A stretch of 64,000 nucleotides of DNA from positions 105,030,001 to 105,094,000 of the forward strand of contig NC_087436.1 of NCBI RefSeq assembly GCF_036321535.1. Direction: 5' to 3'. This document shows, one piece after another, positions 52,481-64,000 of this stretch. Made by a program: the position numbers and the translations under genes. The first letter of the stretch is position 1. Each line of letters begins with the position of its first letter. The notes below the pieces were generated by a model. The model was not told where the DNA came from. It did not search any database and worked only from the letters and a program-made list of their open reading frames with translations. This stretch comes from Camelus dromedarius. Taxonomy: Eukaryota.

Positions 52481-53749
52481 GAAGAGCAGCCACTAGAATT
52501 TCTCTATTTTGCCAGATAATACCAAACTGTTACTCAAAGTGATTGTACTAATTAACACTCCCACCAGCAATGTATGGGAGTCCACTGATACCCCACATTC
52601 TTGCCAACGCTTGGTATTATCAGACTGTTGCCAGAATTTTTGCCATCCATATGAGACCAAAATGATATTCTCCCTTGGTTCTATTTTGAATGTCCCTGAC
52701 TATAAATGAAGTTGAGAACCTCTTTGTAAGATACATTTATCTTTTCCTTTTCTTTTTCCTTCGTTCAACATTATCAGACCTTACTTGCACCCAGCAACCT
52801 CTGTTTTCTTCATTCATATGGATTAGCAAAGGAACAGGCATGCAAGCAATTCAAAAATAACTTTAATGGAATTTTGGAATTATCAGTGTTTTGTCTCCAC
52901 ACTTCCCCTTTTAAATCAATTTTGCTTAGTCGGTCATTAAATCTGATTTGGAATCAGATTTGAGAAGTGGAATTAGGAATAGTTAACCTTTGTTGAGTGT
53001 TTACTATGTGCTAGTCCCACAGCTGGGGGTTTTATGTATATAAAAGAACAAAAAACTTGCTATTTAAAATAACAGCTTCTTTATAAGGAGAAACTATGTC
53101 TTATCTGGGAAGCCCTGTTCTTCTGAGCACTTTGGCTTAGTTACACAAAGTGAGTGTGGAAATAAGTTTGGTGCTCAAGGCTAGAGAGAGCCCAGTGCCC
53201 TGCCTCATGAAGTGAGAGAATTCTGGGGTGATCGCTGGGAGACCCGATGAGGCAGAGAGGTGGGATGGCACGGAGGAGAGAGGGAGGTCAGTCAGTATGC
53301 AGGGTGGGTGAGTCTCTAGTTGCTGAAATGATCAAAGGATTCTCCAGTTTGGGGTTTGATGATGTCTTTCATTGTGTCTGTTATTCAACATGCAGTGCCT
53401 TATGAGTGGCTTATGTTTCTCGTCTGTGAAATTTTCTCATATGGAGTAACACAGTGTGGGAGGTAACACAGCACGCTCAGGATATAAAGGCAGTTCTCAA
53501 ACAGAACAAATTCACCAGACACCGAAATTTTTTTAATACGTGGCCAAGCTTGAAAACAAGAAAAGAATATCCACAGGTTCCGGAGCAGGTACTAAAAGGA
53601 AACAGTCCACCTGGTGTATATTGCAGAGACTGGTGATAACACAAGTACCCAGGACCTCAGCCCATGAGAGGTGGGGAACCCGAACTGAGCCCCCTCCCAA
53701 GAAAAGCTGGAAGCCAGGAAGCCTCTCTGTCTTTGAAACAGACAACAGA

Positions 53750-55620
53750 AAAAAATGCGTTTATTGGCCAGGGATGCCAAAAGGAAGTTGACTATCTTTT
53801 AGGTCCACAGAAAGTCAAAGAACCACTGTAAAGAAAGCAGAGCACCAAGCTGCATTGGGCACAGGCGTCCGACCTGAAGCCAAACTACCAATGAGACAGA
53901 GGAACCCTTTCTGCACAACTACCCTAAAACTGGTCCAGAATCGGCAAAATCCCAACGTAGTTCACGTGTTTCATGGAAAGTCACTCCTACTGAAAAAAAT
54001 GACTGATCACATGAACTAAACAGCTGCTGTGAGAGAAAATCAACCAACACAACAAATGCAACAATATCCAGAACCAAGAGCTACAGATACGAAGCAATCT
54101 CAGGGAGACCTTAAAATCATGCCATTCAAACAGACAATAACATAAATGAATTAAATGCAAGAAAGTAAGAAAGAAAATAGATGAAAGAACATGACAGTAA
54201 GGGAGGGACTGTGAAATTTTAAAAAGAATTCAACTGAACTTACAGAAATTAAAAAATAGTTATTAAAATTAAATATTCAATGGACACTCATCTGAAGAGA
54301 GAACTAATTACCTGAATGGTAGATTTGAGGAAAGTATCCGTAATGCAGCTGTAGCAATAAGAGGTGGGAAGAATGAAAGGAATTAAGAGATGCATAATAT
54401 AAAATGAAAAGATTCAGCATAAATTTAATAGGAGTTCCAGAGAAGAGAGAGAGAGACAATAGGAGATACTGTTAGGAGTCCAGACCAAATCATTATGCAG
54501 GAGGGAGTAGATAAAGATATTTTAAGACATAAAAAGTCAAAGATAATTTACTGTAACATCCCCTTTACTAAGAGCAATATCAAAGGTGGTACCACAGCAA
54601 GAAAGAAACTCAGCCCAAAAGAAAGATGTGAGATGTGAGATGTGAAAATGGTACGACAAGAAATTGATGAAAAGGTTAATAAAAATAATACTGACTGTAA
54701 AATTATAACAACAGTGATGATGATCAACTGGGAGTTTTTTTTTTTTAAAGGTGGAATTAAAATATTACCCAACAATAACATAGAAGATGGGGAGAGGGGA
54801 GTTGGGAGTTAAAGCATTCTGAGTTCTTTGTGTTGTTTGAAAAAATGATAGGGATAGTAGATCTAAATCTTGAATCATGCTTGCTAACAATGAACCACCA
54901 AATGAATAGAAATCATATGTTTAACTTCTAAACAGTTGAAGGGGAAAGAGGTGGGTGGAGACACAAAGAAAAAACATGGTGAATAGAAACAAAACCATAA
55001 AATGAGCTAGTAAAAACAAGTCCACACATACCATTAATCATAACAAATACAAATGATTGCTGAGAAACTCTCCCACATATGCCCAAGAAAAAATAGACTA
55101 GAAGGTTCATCATAGTATTGTTTGTAATAGAAAAAGAATTAGAAACAACCCAAATGTACCATCTTTCAGAGACTAGATAGATACACTGTGATTTGTTTAT
55201 AGACTGAAACTCTCTATTAGAGTTAAAAATGAATGAAATTTGATTTATATGTGAAACTGATTTTTATATATCAACATGGATAGGGCTGAAAAGTTGAAAT
55301 AAGCAAGTTTCAGAATGGTATATACAGTGTAATGCCATTTATTTAAGTTGTTTAAATACAAACAATGCTCCAAAGTGTTGATAAATACTTAAACTATAAA
55401 AACATGGATGGGAGGGATACACACGCTTTTGGCAATGGAGGGAGAGGGGAAGGCTTCAAAGAAAACTTCAGTTGTACCTTTAATATTTTATTTCTGTAAA
55501 AATATCTGAAGCACATACAGCAAAAGTTTAACTACTATGTGTATATTCCAGTTGTTGATTTATAAAGCCTTCTGTGTTTTTCTGAATATTTAAGGATATT
55601 TCATAGTATAAAATGTATTT
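53750..55620 (+). mobile_element. Very old L1M/HAL1-like ORF1 remnant plus L1ME-like 3' end
   Basis: A-rich ORF1-like text (tctgaagagagaactaattacctgaatggtagatttgagg; taataggagttccagagaagagag), then ttcatcatagtattgtttgtaatag...agaaacaacccaaatgt. Confidence 0.6.
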
Positions 55621-55639
55621 TTGACTCAAAAAGCTATAG

Positions 55640-55815
55640 AGCTGGGTTTTCCAATAATTAAATTAAATTTGCATTTAAATTTTAATTTAATTAAAAATTC
55701 AGTTCCTCGGTCACACTAGCCATGTTTCAAGAACTCAGGAGACACAGGGACTGTACTAGACAGTGCAATTTAGAACTTTTCCATCATTAGAGGAAATTCT
55801 GTTGGGAAGTGATAG
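55640..55815. mobile_element. MER3/MER33-like hAT element
   Basis: aattaaaaattcagttcctcggtcacactagccatgtttcaag...gacagtgcaatttagaacttttccatc. Confidence 0.7.
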
Positions 55816-57229
55816 AGCCTTAAGACCATCCTGGTTCATATTGCTTCTCATTATTTAATACTGTCAGTAGATATTGATGATATTAATATGCAAAATGTAG
55901 CCCTGAGCATAGAGCATAGCTCTACACCCCTATGGGAATTTGGTGAAGTTTTACTGTTGTGTTGTGTTTCATCAAATTACTTGAAGTTCCAGGAAGGCTG
56001 ATGTCCAGTTAACTGAGATGTTCCTATAGTATTTCAGTTGAAAATAACGACAATAATTTAGAGCTGGTAATAATTACAAGGTGGTTTCAGACACTATATA
56101 TTTGATTCCCCAACTATTCCAATTCCAACCAGTGCCTTTCCAAGATATAAATCTGGTAAAATTAGCACAAAAAGGGACACTTCTTGGATTTTCTCATTTA
56201 ACAAAGTAAGTGCTTAAAACAGTTATCTGAGTGGCCAGTATTTCACTAGGAATTTCAGCATTAACAACAACAACAAAAACAGATTACAAAAGCATTGAGA
56301 AGGTTGGGAAAGCAAGAATTGGCTTCAGAAAGGGAGAGACTTGAGACTTTGCCCTCAGATCTCAGAATTACTGCAGGTCAATAAATGTTTTTCACTGGGG
56401 CTTTAAATGACTTTCTCATGGGCACAAATTTTCCCACATCTCCTCTATGTGTCTTACCAAGGGTGACCGGTGAAATACACCAAAGCAGAAATGAACTAGG
56501 TCCTGAATGTAGAAGGCTCCCAAAATATAGTAGTTTCACCAGCCATCATTAGGTTAACACATGGAAAATTCTTTGAGCTTACCGAAGGCTTTGGGGACTA
56601 TAAAATCACTGATGACTCACAACCAAGGAAAAAGCCAAGTTCAATAATATGATTCCATGAATGAGTGAAATCTATTCAATCGTTCATTTTGACAGTTGTA
56701 TTTTGAATACCTACTAGGCGTCAGGCACTGTCATACCAAATATAGAGACAGACGTGGTCTCTGTCCTCATGTTGCTGATAATCCACAGGGGAGAGCTACC
56801 ATCCTGGCCTATGGCACTGGGTAACTCATGAGTTAATCCTAGTCAACCCAAATGCTAACACAGTGCTTTGAGGCTTGGCGAATTGCGGAGTCAGTCTCTC
56901 TCTGTAAAGAGAATTGGGGTGTTTATAAAAGGTGAAGCTGAACTTCTCCCCAAATTCCAAGTCTCAGTGAAGAAAATCTCTCCTTGGCCCTGTCACCCTT
57001 TGAGCCGTATGCATGGTTTTTATTAAACACCATAATCTCCCTAATCCCGCTGGGATGAATATGCAGTTAGCACCCTAGGGATTTTCTGAGAAGGACTCAA
57101 ACTTTACTCAAGGGATATAACTAAAAGGAGAAATGAGATGTTTCACTGTGGTCCAAGGTTGAAGTTGACACTTCTGGAGCAGGACAGAAGAAAGCACAGT
57201 ATATGTGTGTCCCTGTGGAGAGGGGGCTA

Positions 57230-57440
57230 CCCTTTATTGAGCATCTCTTTGGTTTCAGAGGCCATTCAGTCATCACTCATTCAATCCTCCCAGCAACTCT
57301 GAAAAGTGGTCATTCACACTCCTATCTTTCCAGTGAAGAAAACAAGGTTCAGAGAGGCATAGGGTCCTCTCCAAGGCCATCAGCTAATGAACTGAGGTCA
57401 GAACCCGGGTGAAGTAGCTTCACTTTTGTGTACTTTAACC
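57230..57440 (-). mobile_element. MIR
   Basis: tttattgagcatct...cattcaatcctcccagcaactctg...gaagaaaacaaggttcagagagg. Confidence 0.7.
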
Positions 57441-60094
57441 CACCTGTTCTGATTCACAGGTGAGGACAACCTCTAAGGTTCTTTCCAGTGTCTCCAGATC
57501 AATGACTGCACCCTGTCATTCAGCGAGAAGTTGAAGGAGTTCAAGAAAAGCAATTAAGCTGCAGATAATTTAGGCACTAGAATTGTAAACCACATTGAGC
57601 ACTGTTTCATGAGTCTCTTTTTATTACTTTCAAGTTTTATTCACTTGATAAGGTAATAGGAGAGTAAGACCGATCCTGAAGGCCTTTGATTGCCCTCAGT
57701 ACCCAGGAAGCAGCGAGATCTTCATCATTGTGTGTTGTGGACAGATTAAGTATTAAATTATGAAACTCAACTGCTCTGATATCAGGATTAATGTCAACTT
57801 TGATAAAGCTATGAGCTCTATGAAGATTGCTTTCAAAATGCCCTGATCTGATTCAATGAATAATTTAAGAATTGATTTTCTGGCAGAGATGCTTAAGAAT
57901 AAAAGACACTGTCTCCCAAGATAATCTTGGGAGGAAAGATTTCCTTCTTCCTGAGACCTTAATTTCACCTTAGCTTTGATGGGGCAGATTCCACCATTTG
58001 GCTCCATCAGTGGCTGGTGGACCAGAGATTTACAGCTTTTCAAGTAAATGCGGTTTATTTCAGTGTGAAGATACATGTCCAGATCCCTGCCCTGGGCCTC
58101 AAGGGAGGGGATGCTTCAAACCTGAGCCAGGCACTAGGACCACAGAGGCCAAAAGTATATGGTCTTTCCCTTGGTAGAACTTAAGATCTAGGAACAGAGG
58201 CAGCAAATTGAGAATCCAATGCAGGGTAAGAAGTGGTTTCAGAGCCCAGAGGGACTCTTAGTTCACACTGGGGTGTCAGGGACACTTCTCAGAGAAATAG
58301 GGAGGCCTAAGGAGTGCAAAGTCCGGGCGGAGAGAGACAGCCTGGCACCTTCAAGGAATTTCCTGCATCTGCGCCAGCCCGGGGTACGGGCTAGTGAAGA
58401 GGTCAGCAGAGGCCACATCGTACAGGGACATCTAAGCATAGGCAGAGTCCTGGTCTTTCTCCTGAGGACTTTGGTTCGGCCCTCCTGGGATAGAGCCTAG
58501 GAATCTGAATTTTTAACAATCACCCTGTGGGAGAGGACTCCATTTTCCTGACCTCATGCTTCCAAGGGCATCTTCCACTAGGCCGACATCAGACGCAATG
58601 CCTCATTTTCAGAAGAAACATTTTGTAGCACTGCTTTTGCTGTCCTGATACAGAATGCACAGGTAATAAAACCAATTTAAGAAAAAAATATTTTAAAAAA
58701 TTACCCTAACTGTAATGTAAGGGAGAAGAAGAGGGTAGTTTTAATATAAATGAATAAATAACTAAATAATAAATAAATAAAATTTAATAAAATGCATTTC
58801 AATATGTAAATATTTGGGCACAAAGTACTAGAAGCTGAAAGGGAGCCATCAGGTGTTTGTCCCTATACATGGAAACACAGAGACTGCATCAGCCACAGAT
58901 ACTGGCCGACACAATGATGACAATGACAATGTTGTATCAATAATGAAAACACTAAAAGAGTCATGGTCATCAGTAACATCATTTTCTGAAACATTAACAA
59001 CCCTCATAAAAGTTCTCAATCCACCAAAGTGTAGTCAACACTCAATTCCCATCATAGTTGCTTCTTTGGAACATTTAGTGTAAAATGTATATCAAAACTC
59101 CACAAAAAGGACTTCCATCATGTAAGAACAGAGTTTTGTTCCAGATGTGGTTAACTAGAATCATCATTCACTTCTAAGAATGCCTGGGGCACATGGGAGT
59201 GCATGCAGAATTAAAAAGAGTTCTTTAATGCGCAGAATTGTTCCATGTATTGCCACGCCTAGCACCTCCGGCCCCCATCCACTAAATGTCTTAGCACCCC
59301 ACAAATTACAGAGCACCCCACGGAATGGAACCACCCTTTTGGTGGTGGGTAATGTGCCTGGTAATATGCCTGTAATGTGCGGGTGATGTGTCTGTCCCCA
59401 CCCCTGCCTGCCTCTTCCCCTTGGGAGGAGGTGACATTTTCTTCGGTGCCTTTGGGAGAATGTCATCCCTTCTAGCTTCTCTGGTGGAGTAGGCATACTG
59501 GAGGAAATGCATCCTGGACTGCTTTCAGCCAGGCAGAAATGCTTGCAAATGTCCAGCATAGCCCAGGAACGGTGGGTGAGTTAATTCTGCAAGCCCATTT
59601 GGCTACAAATTTAAAGCCATGTCCTCAAACCATCCTTGTCAGTAATAAAGCTGACTTTTTGTTCTCTGACTCCTGTATCTCATTTCTCAATTGCTTGAAA
59701 GAGGCACTAATGTGCTCTTTATTGGCACACACTACATTTGGAGAAGGAGAATAACTTCCTTCTGGGAAGGATGAGCCCATCCAAAGAGAGTAAGCAGAAG
59801 GAGCTGTGACGAGGCCAAGCCAGAGGCCTGGAGAACCTAGCATTCATGGCTGCGGTTTGCACACTGCGCTTCCCAGAGCCCCAGGGTCTGGAGAGTTGCC
59901 CTCGGGGCTTCCGAGAGAGGAGCCGGGGAAGGGAGTATCACCAGCCCCCAAGAACCACCGCCACCTCTGTTAAATCAGAGCAGTTGTGATTTTCCGCTTT
60001 TCATATGAGGCTCAGATATACATAAAATTTCATTTGTAAAGTTTTAAAAGTTTCCACTGGGGGAAAAAAATTGAAAACCACTGATATAAAGAAC

Positions 60095-60346
60095 TGGCAG
60101 AGAGGGTGGGAAGGGATAGATGGGATTTCAAAATTGTAGAATAGATAAACAAGATTATACTGTATAGCACAGGGGAATATACACAAGATCTTATGGTAGC
60201 TCACAGAGAAAAATATGTGACAATGAATATATATATGTTCATGTATAACTGAAAAATCATGCTCTACACTGGAATTTGACACAACATTGTAAAATGATTA
60301 TAAATCAATAAAAAATGTTATATTGTTAAAAAAAAAAAAAAAAAGA
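60095..60346 (+). mobile_element. Short young camelid-type L1 3' end with long A-tail and 7-bp TSD
   Basis: gagggtgggaagggataga...ttgacacaacattgtaaaatgattataaatcaataaaaaatgtta plus A17; TSD aaagaac at 60088-60094 and 60347-60353. Confidence 0.88.
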
Positions 60347-63169
60347 AAAGAACAACTCACAAAGGGGAGTGAGAAGGATCTGCCAAAAACGCAAGTGGAA
60401 GGAGGAACGCTTGCTGACCAAGAAGTCTCAGGAATGGAACTTTTCAAGAGGGAGGGAGGGGTGGCTGAAGGCACCAAAGGCCAGAGGGACGGTGGGTGGA
60501 ATGGGGACAGAAGAGTGACCAGCGGGTCAGCTGACACTGTGATCCTGGCACGAACATGCTCAGGGAGGGCCAAGCACCAAGCCCAAATGGCAGTGGGGGA
60601 AGAGCTGAGTTAGGAGGTGAAGAAGGTGAGACAGGCTGGAGCACCCTGTGCAGCAGGGATGGAGATTGCAGGTAGCAGTCTCCCAGGGCTTGAGTTGTCA
60701 GAAGGATCCCAGCATGAAGGAATTTCAATCTCTGCGACATGCTGGACAATAGAGTATTATTCGTGGTGAAAATGGAGAAATCTCTCTTCAAATAAAGTGG
60801 CAGGAGGGGAGGGGCTCAGGGTCAAGGGGGAGTGAGTACACGGGCACATCCTGGGCTTCTTTCCTGGAAGGGGGCGCGGAGGGGGCAGTTATTTGTTTTT
60901 TCATGTTAAAGAGAACACTCATCTTTCTAGGAAGTGCAGGTGCGGTGGGAGCTGCAGTTAACAAAGCCTCCTCAGTTTCTAGCACATTAACGACTGTCAG
61001 ACCAGCAGGAGAGAACGGCCCCTCCTCTCCCATATTCGATGTCCTGCTGGTAGCAAGGACATAAATGTTGGCAACTTGCTGCCTAATGGCCCATGGAAGT
61101 CACGGAGGTGACATCATTAGTGTTGGGGGCCTCAAAAGGGCCTCTCCCTTCCTTCTTAGAGAAAAGTACTGGAAAGAATTAGAAAGCAACAGATAGACAG
61201 GATGAAAACTCCTGAAGTGAAGAAACATGGCAAAAATGACATCTGAAGTGTCACTTTGCTAAATGCAGCTCTGACATTCGAATTATGTTTGGCCTCCCCC
61301 ACACAAGGGCATGGTAAGGAGTCAGAAATATTTGCACGGCCTTCTGAACTCCACAAGACAAACTTCAGACCACTGGAAGGAATCAGGACCCGTGTTCTTC
61401 TAGTTTCAGCTCTGATCTTATGAGTGACCCTGCTTTTCCCACCACTCTCATTCTCTGCATCTTCCTCCATTCATCAGCAAAACTGCCCTTCTAGACCTCT
61501 GTGTGGATAACTCATTACAGCCCGCCACAGTGCTCGGCCGCTCAAGTGGCAATGGGAAAAAGTGCTTGTTACTTAATTAGGTTTAGTCCTTACAACAATC
61601 CATTTTATAGATGGAAAAATAGAGGCCAGGAGAATACAGGTCACTGGCATATGGTCTCTCAGCTGTTAAGTGGCAGAGCCAAGTCAAGAACAGAGATATA
61701 CCTGGCTCTAAAAAATATGGAATGGTGAATGAGTGAGAGGAAATTGAATGGATGATACAGGAATAATGACATAACATTATTATATATTGTAGAAAAGTAA
61801 AGTCCCCCCTTGGGACTTTTGTTTCTTTCCCTGTTTACTTTCAGAGTCGCTTCTCTGTCCATAAACAACCATAAGCCAGACAGTCCTATTAATGGTGGGA
61901 GATTTAATCTTCAAAAACTGGGCCAGTTCTGGCACCTTCTTCCTGGCACACAATAAGCTGTGTAAGACTGGTAAATCTTAAGGTATCCAGAAAAAATTAA
62001 GTGGGAGGCAGGTGAAAAACATCATCTTGTGGTTAAATAAAATTTTATACATCCACAGAATGGAACGCAATGCAACCATTAAAAATATGATATTAAGGAG
62101 TTATGAGTGGCATATTACATACAATACAAAGTGGGAACAGATGTGTTCATGTATAGTATTAACAATAATTGACTTTCAGAAATGGGATTGTGGTTAATTT
62201 TCTTCTTCTTTTTCATACTTTCTAGTGTTTCCCAGATTTCCTTCAATTAGCATTTCTGATTTTTAGAATTAAAAAAATAAATCAGACTTTCCATTGTTAT
62301 TCAGCACTTGCCAAAATCAGTCCACCAGAGTTCATCTTTGCAGGGCGCAGTGTGTTCAGAAACCTCAGGTCATCATCTCCTCCCACTCTCCATGGACACC
62401 CTGATTCTGTGGGGCATGGTTTTCCATCAAACCATTTTGCTTGTCCCTTAACTGGCCTTGGCTAGAGGCTCGAGGCTTCCAGGCAGCACCATGGATGTCA
62501 GATTTCTTCCTGCCTTGGTAATTTCCATCATCAGCGTTTAGAACTAGGAGATGAAGGCTCATTACACAAAACCAAGTTAAGAATCTCCCAGGATGCACTG
62601 GTTTCCTGAGGAAGCCTTGAGAGCCTGCCCCAGCATCCCCGAGGGGATGGCTGCCTCCATCTGCTGACCCCCACAGAACTGACTTAGAATTACCATCTAT
62701 CCACAGTTTTACAGTGGTTTTTCTCCATGCCTCATTGGGGCTCCTCAACATTTCTTACTCTACTTAATTCAGAGCAAATTGAAGATTTGAAGGTTACGTG
62801 ACCTCCCAAAGTCCTATGGCTAAAAAATGGCAGAAGTAAAACCTGAACCTTGGGTCATCTGCTTCTAAATCCCTTGTGCCTTCCGGGGAAGCACTCTATT
62901 GCCTGGGGGTTCCTTTCCTTCCAGAATCACATCCTGAGGCAATTCATGGGCCACCAGGAGCCACCTTAGGTTGGCCTTAAGGATCTGTCGCTCTGGTCAC
63001 AAACTACCCCTCTGGTGAGAGCCAAGGTGTTAACAAATGCTCTACTCCTTGCAAGGAATCTAAATCGTAGAGGAGAGGCCAGTGCCTGCAAAGCTGTATA
63101 AGATCACCAGTAATTCCAGGAACAGTTTCTAAAAATGAATGTATTCCTCTCAGAGGAATAAACAACAGT

Positions 63170-63695
63170 CAAAACCCAGTAACAACTCAACATCATTACT
63201 TATCAGGGAAATGTAAATTAAAATCCTTATGAGGTTATTAATCCTTACACATCTATTGGAATGGCTAAAACTTTAAAGACTGACTGTACCAAATATTGAC
63301 AAGGAAGTGGAGCAAGGGAACCCTCGAATATTGCAGATGGAAGGGTAAACTGGTTCAACCACTTGGGAAAACTATTTGACATCATCTATTAAAGACAAAC
63401 AGGCATGCCTATCTAAGACCCAGCAAATCCAGTCCTAGGTATATATCCAAGAGGAATGAGCCCACATGTCCCTTAAAATAGATGTACATGAGTGATCATA
63501 GCAGCGTTACTAATTAGTAGCAGAAAAACAGGAAATTAACCCAATGACCATCCACAGGGAAGTGAATAAACTGTGGTATATTTGTGCAATGAAATACTAT
63601 ACAGCAATCCAAAAAGAAAAAAAAAAGACTGATACACAGAGTGACAGGAGTAAAACTCACAGGACATGAGGTTGAATGAAAGAAGCCGGATACAA
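63170..63695 (+). mobile_element. Old L1M (L1ME/MD-like) ORF2-end/3' fragment
   Basis: gggaaatgtaaattaaaatc...aaactggttcaaccacttgggaaaac...gacccagcaaatccagtcctaggtatatatccaag. Confidence 0.8.
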
Positions 63696-63704
63696 AGATT
63701 GGTA

Positions 63705-64000
63705 AGTAGGAATGTGCCAGAGACATCTCATAATAGCTCATGAGAACTGATTGTTACATTTTCAGGAATTTTGCAAGCCAACTGTTAAATGTAGTCTTTA
63801 TTAAAAATTAAATTATTCAAACATACAACTAAGTAAATTATATTTAAGACAAAGGTAATGAATACTCCAAACTCTTGGCTTCCTAATTCTTTTACTACAT
63901 TTTTCCTGTTATCTATGTGACCGAGGCTATTTATATATATTGTATCAGTATGGTGGAAACACTGTAGAACTGCGTTCTACTGCACATCAGTTCCTATCTC
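63705..64000. mobile_element. MER63-like hAT-Blackjack element (runs off the window)
   Basis: gattgttacattttcaggaattttgcaagcc...ttattaaaaattaaattat...acaaaggtaatgaatactcc...ttcctaattcttttactacattt. Confidence 0.75.

Noticed and set aside
55762..55782. cagtgcaat miR-130/301-like seed
   Set aside because: Lies within a MER3/MER33-like element; the rest does not match and there is no precursor hairpin.
1..64000. ORF-track entries (60-198 aa) as genes
   Set aside because: None resembles a protein family I recognise except the L1 ORF2 pieces and the mariner remnant. Lengths fit chance, many begin at GTG/TTG, and many overlap repeats or microsatellites.

Overview
Mammalian, CpG-depleted, repeat-rich genomic DNA, most likely from a camelid (camel, alpaca or llama). 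The assignment rests on two tRNA-Ala-derived SINEs of the camelid Vic-1 type and on the L1 3' UTRs. I recognise no protein-coding gene, CpG island, intact RNA gene or prokaryotic feature, so the window looks intergenic or deep-intronic. Nearly all ORF-track entries are chance ORFs; the exceptions are broken L1 ORF2 pieces and a mariner transposase remnant. Contents: many ancient MIR and L2 fragments, hAT DNA-transposon fossils (MER5, MER53, MER58, MER91, MER102, MER63), a MARNA-like mariner fossil, several solo LTRs (three with visible TSDs), L1 fragments of several ages, a 2.7-kb 5'-truncated L1 with TSDs, and microsatellites. The most unusual structure is at 40.1-41.8 kb. It looks like an L1 3' transduction that carried about 1.3 units of a 316-bp-period, satellite-like sequence into a site hit repeatedly by retroelements. 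Also noted: a MER53 hairpin nearly identical to miR-1302, and a few weak candidate exons and enhancers. Repeat family names and most boundaries are by-eye and approximate unless a TSD is quoted. I found no convincing new biological system.
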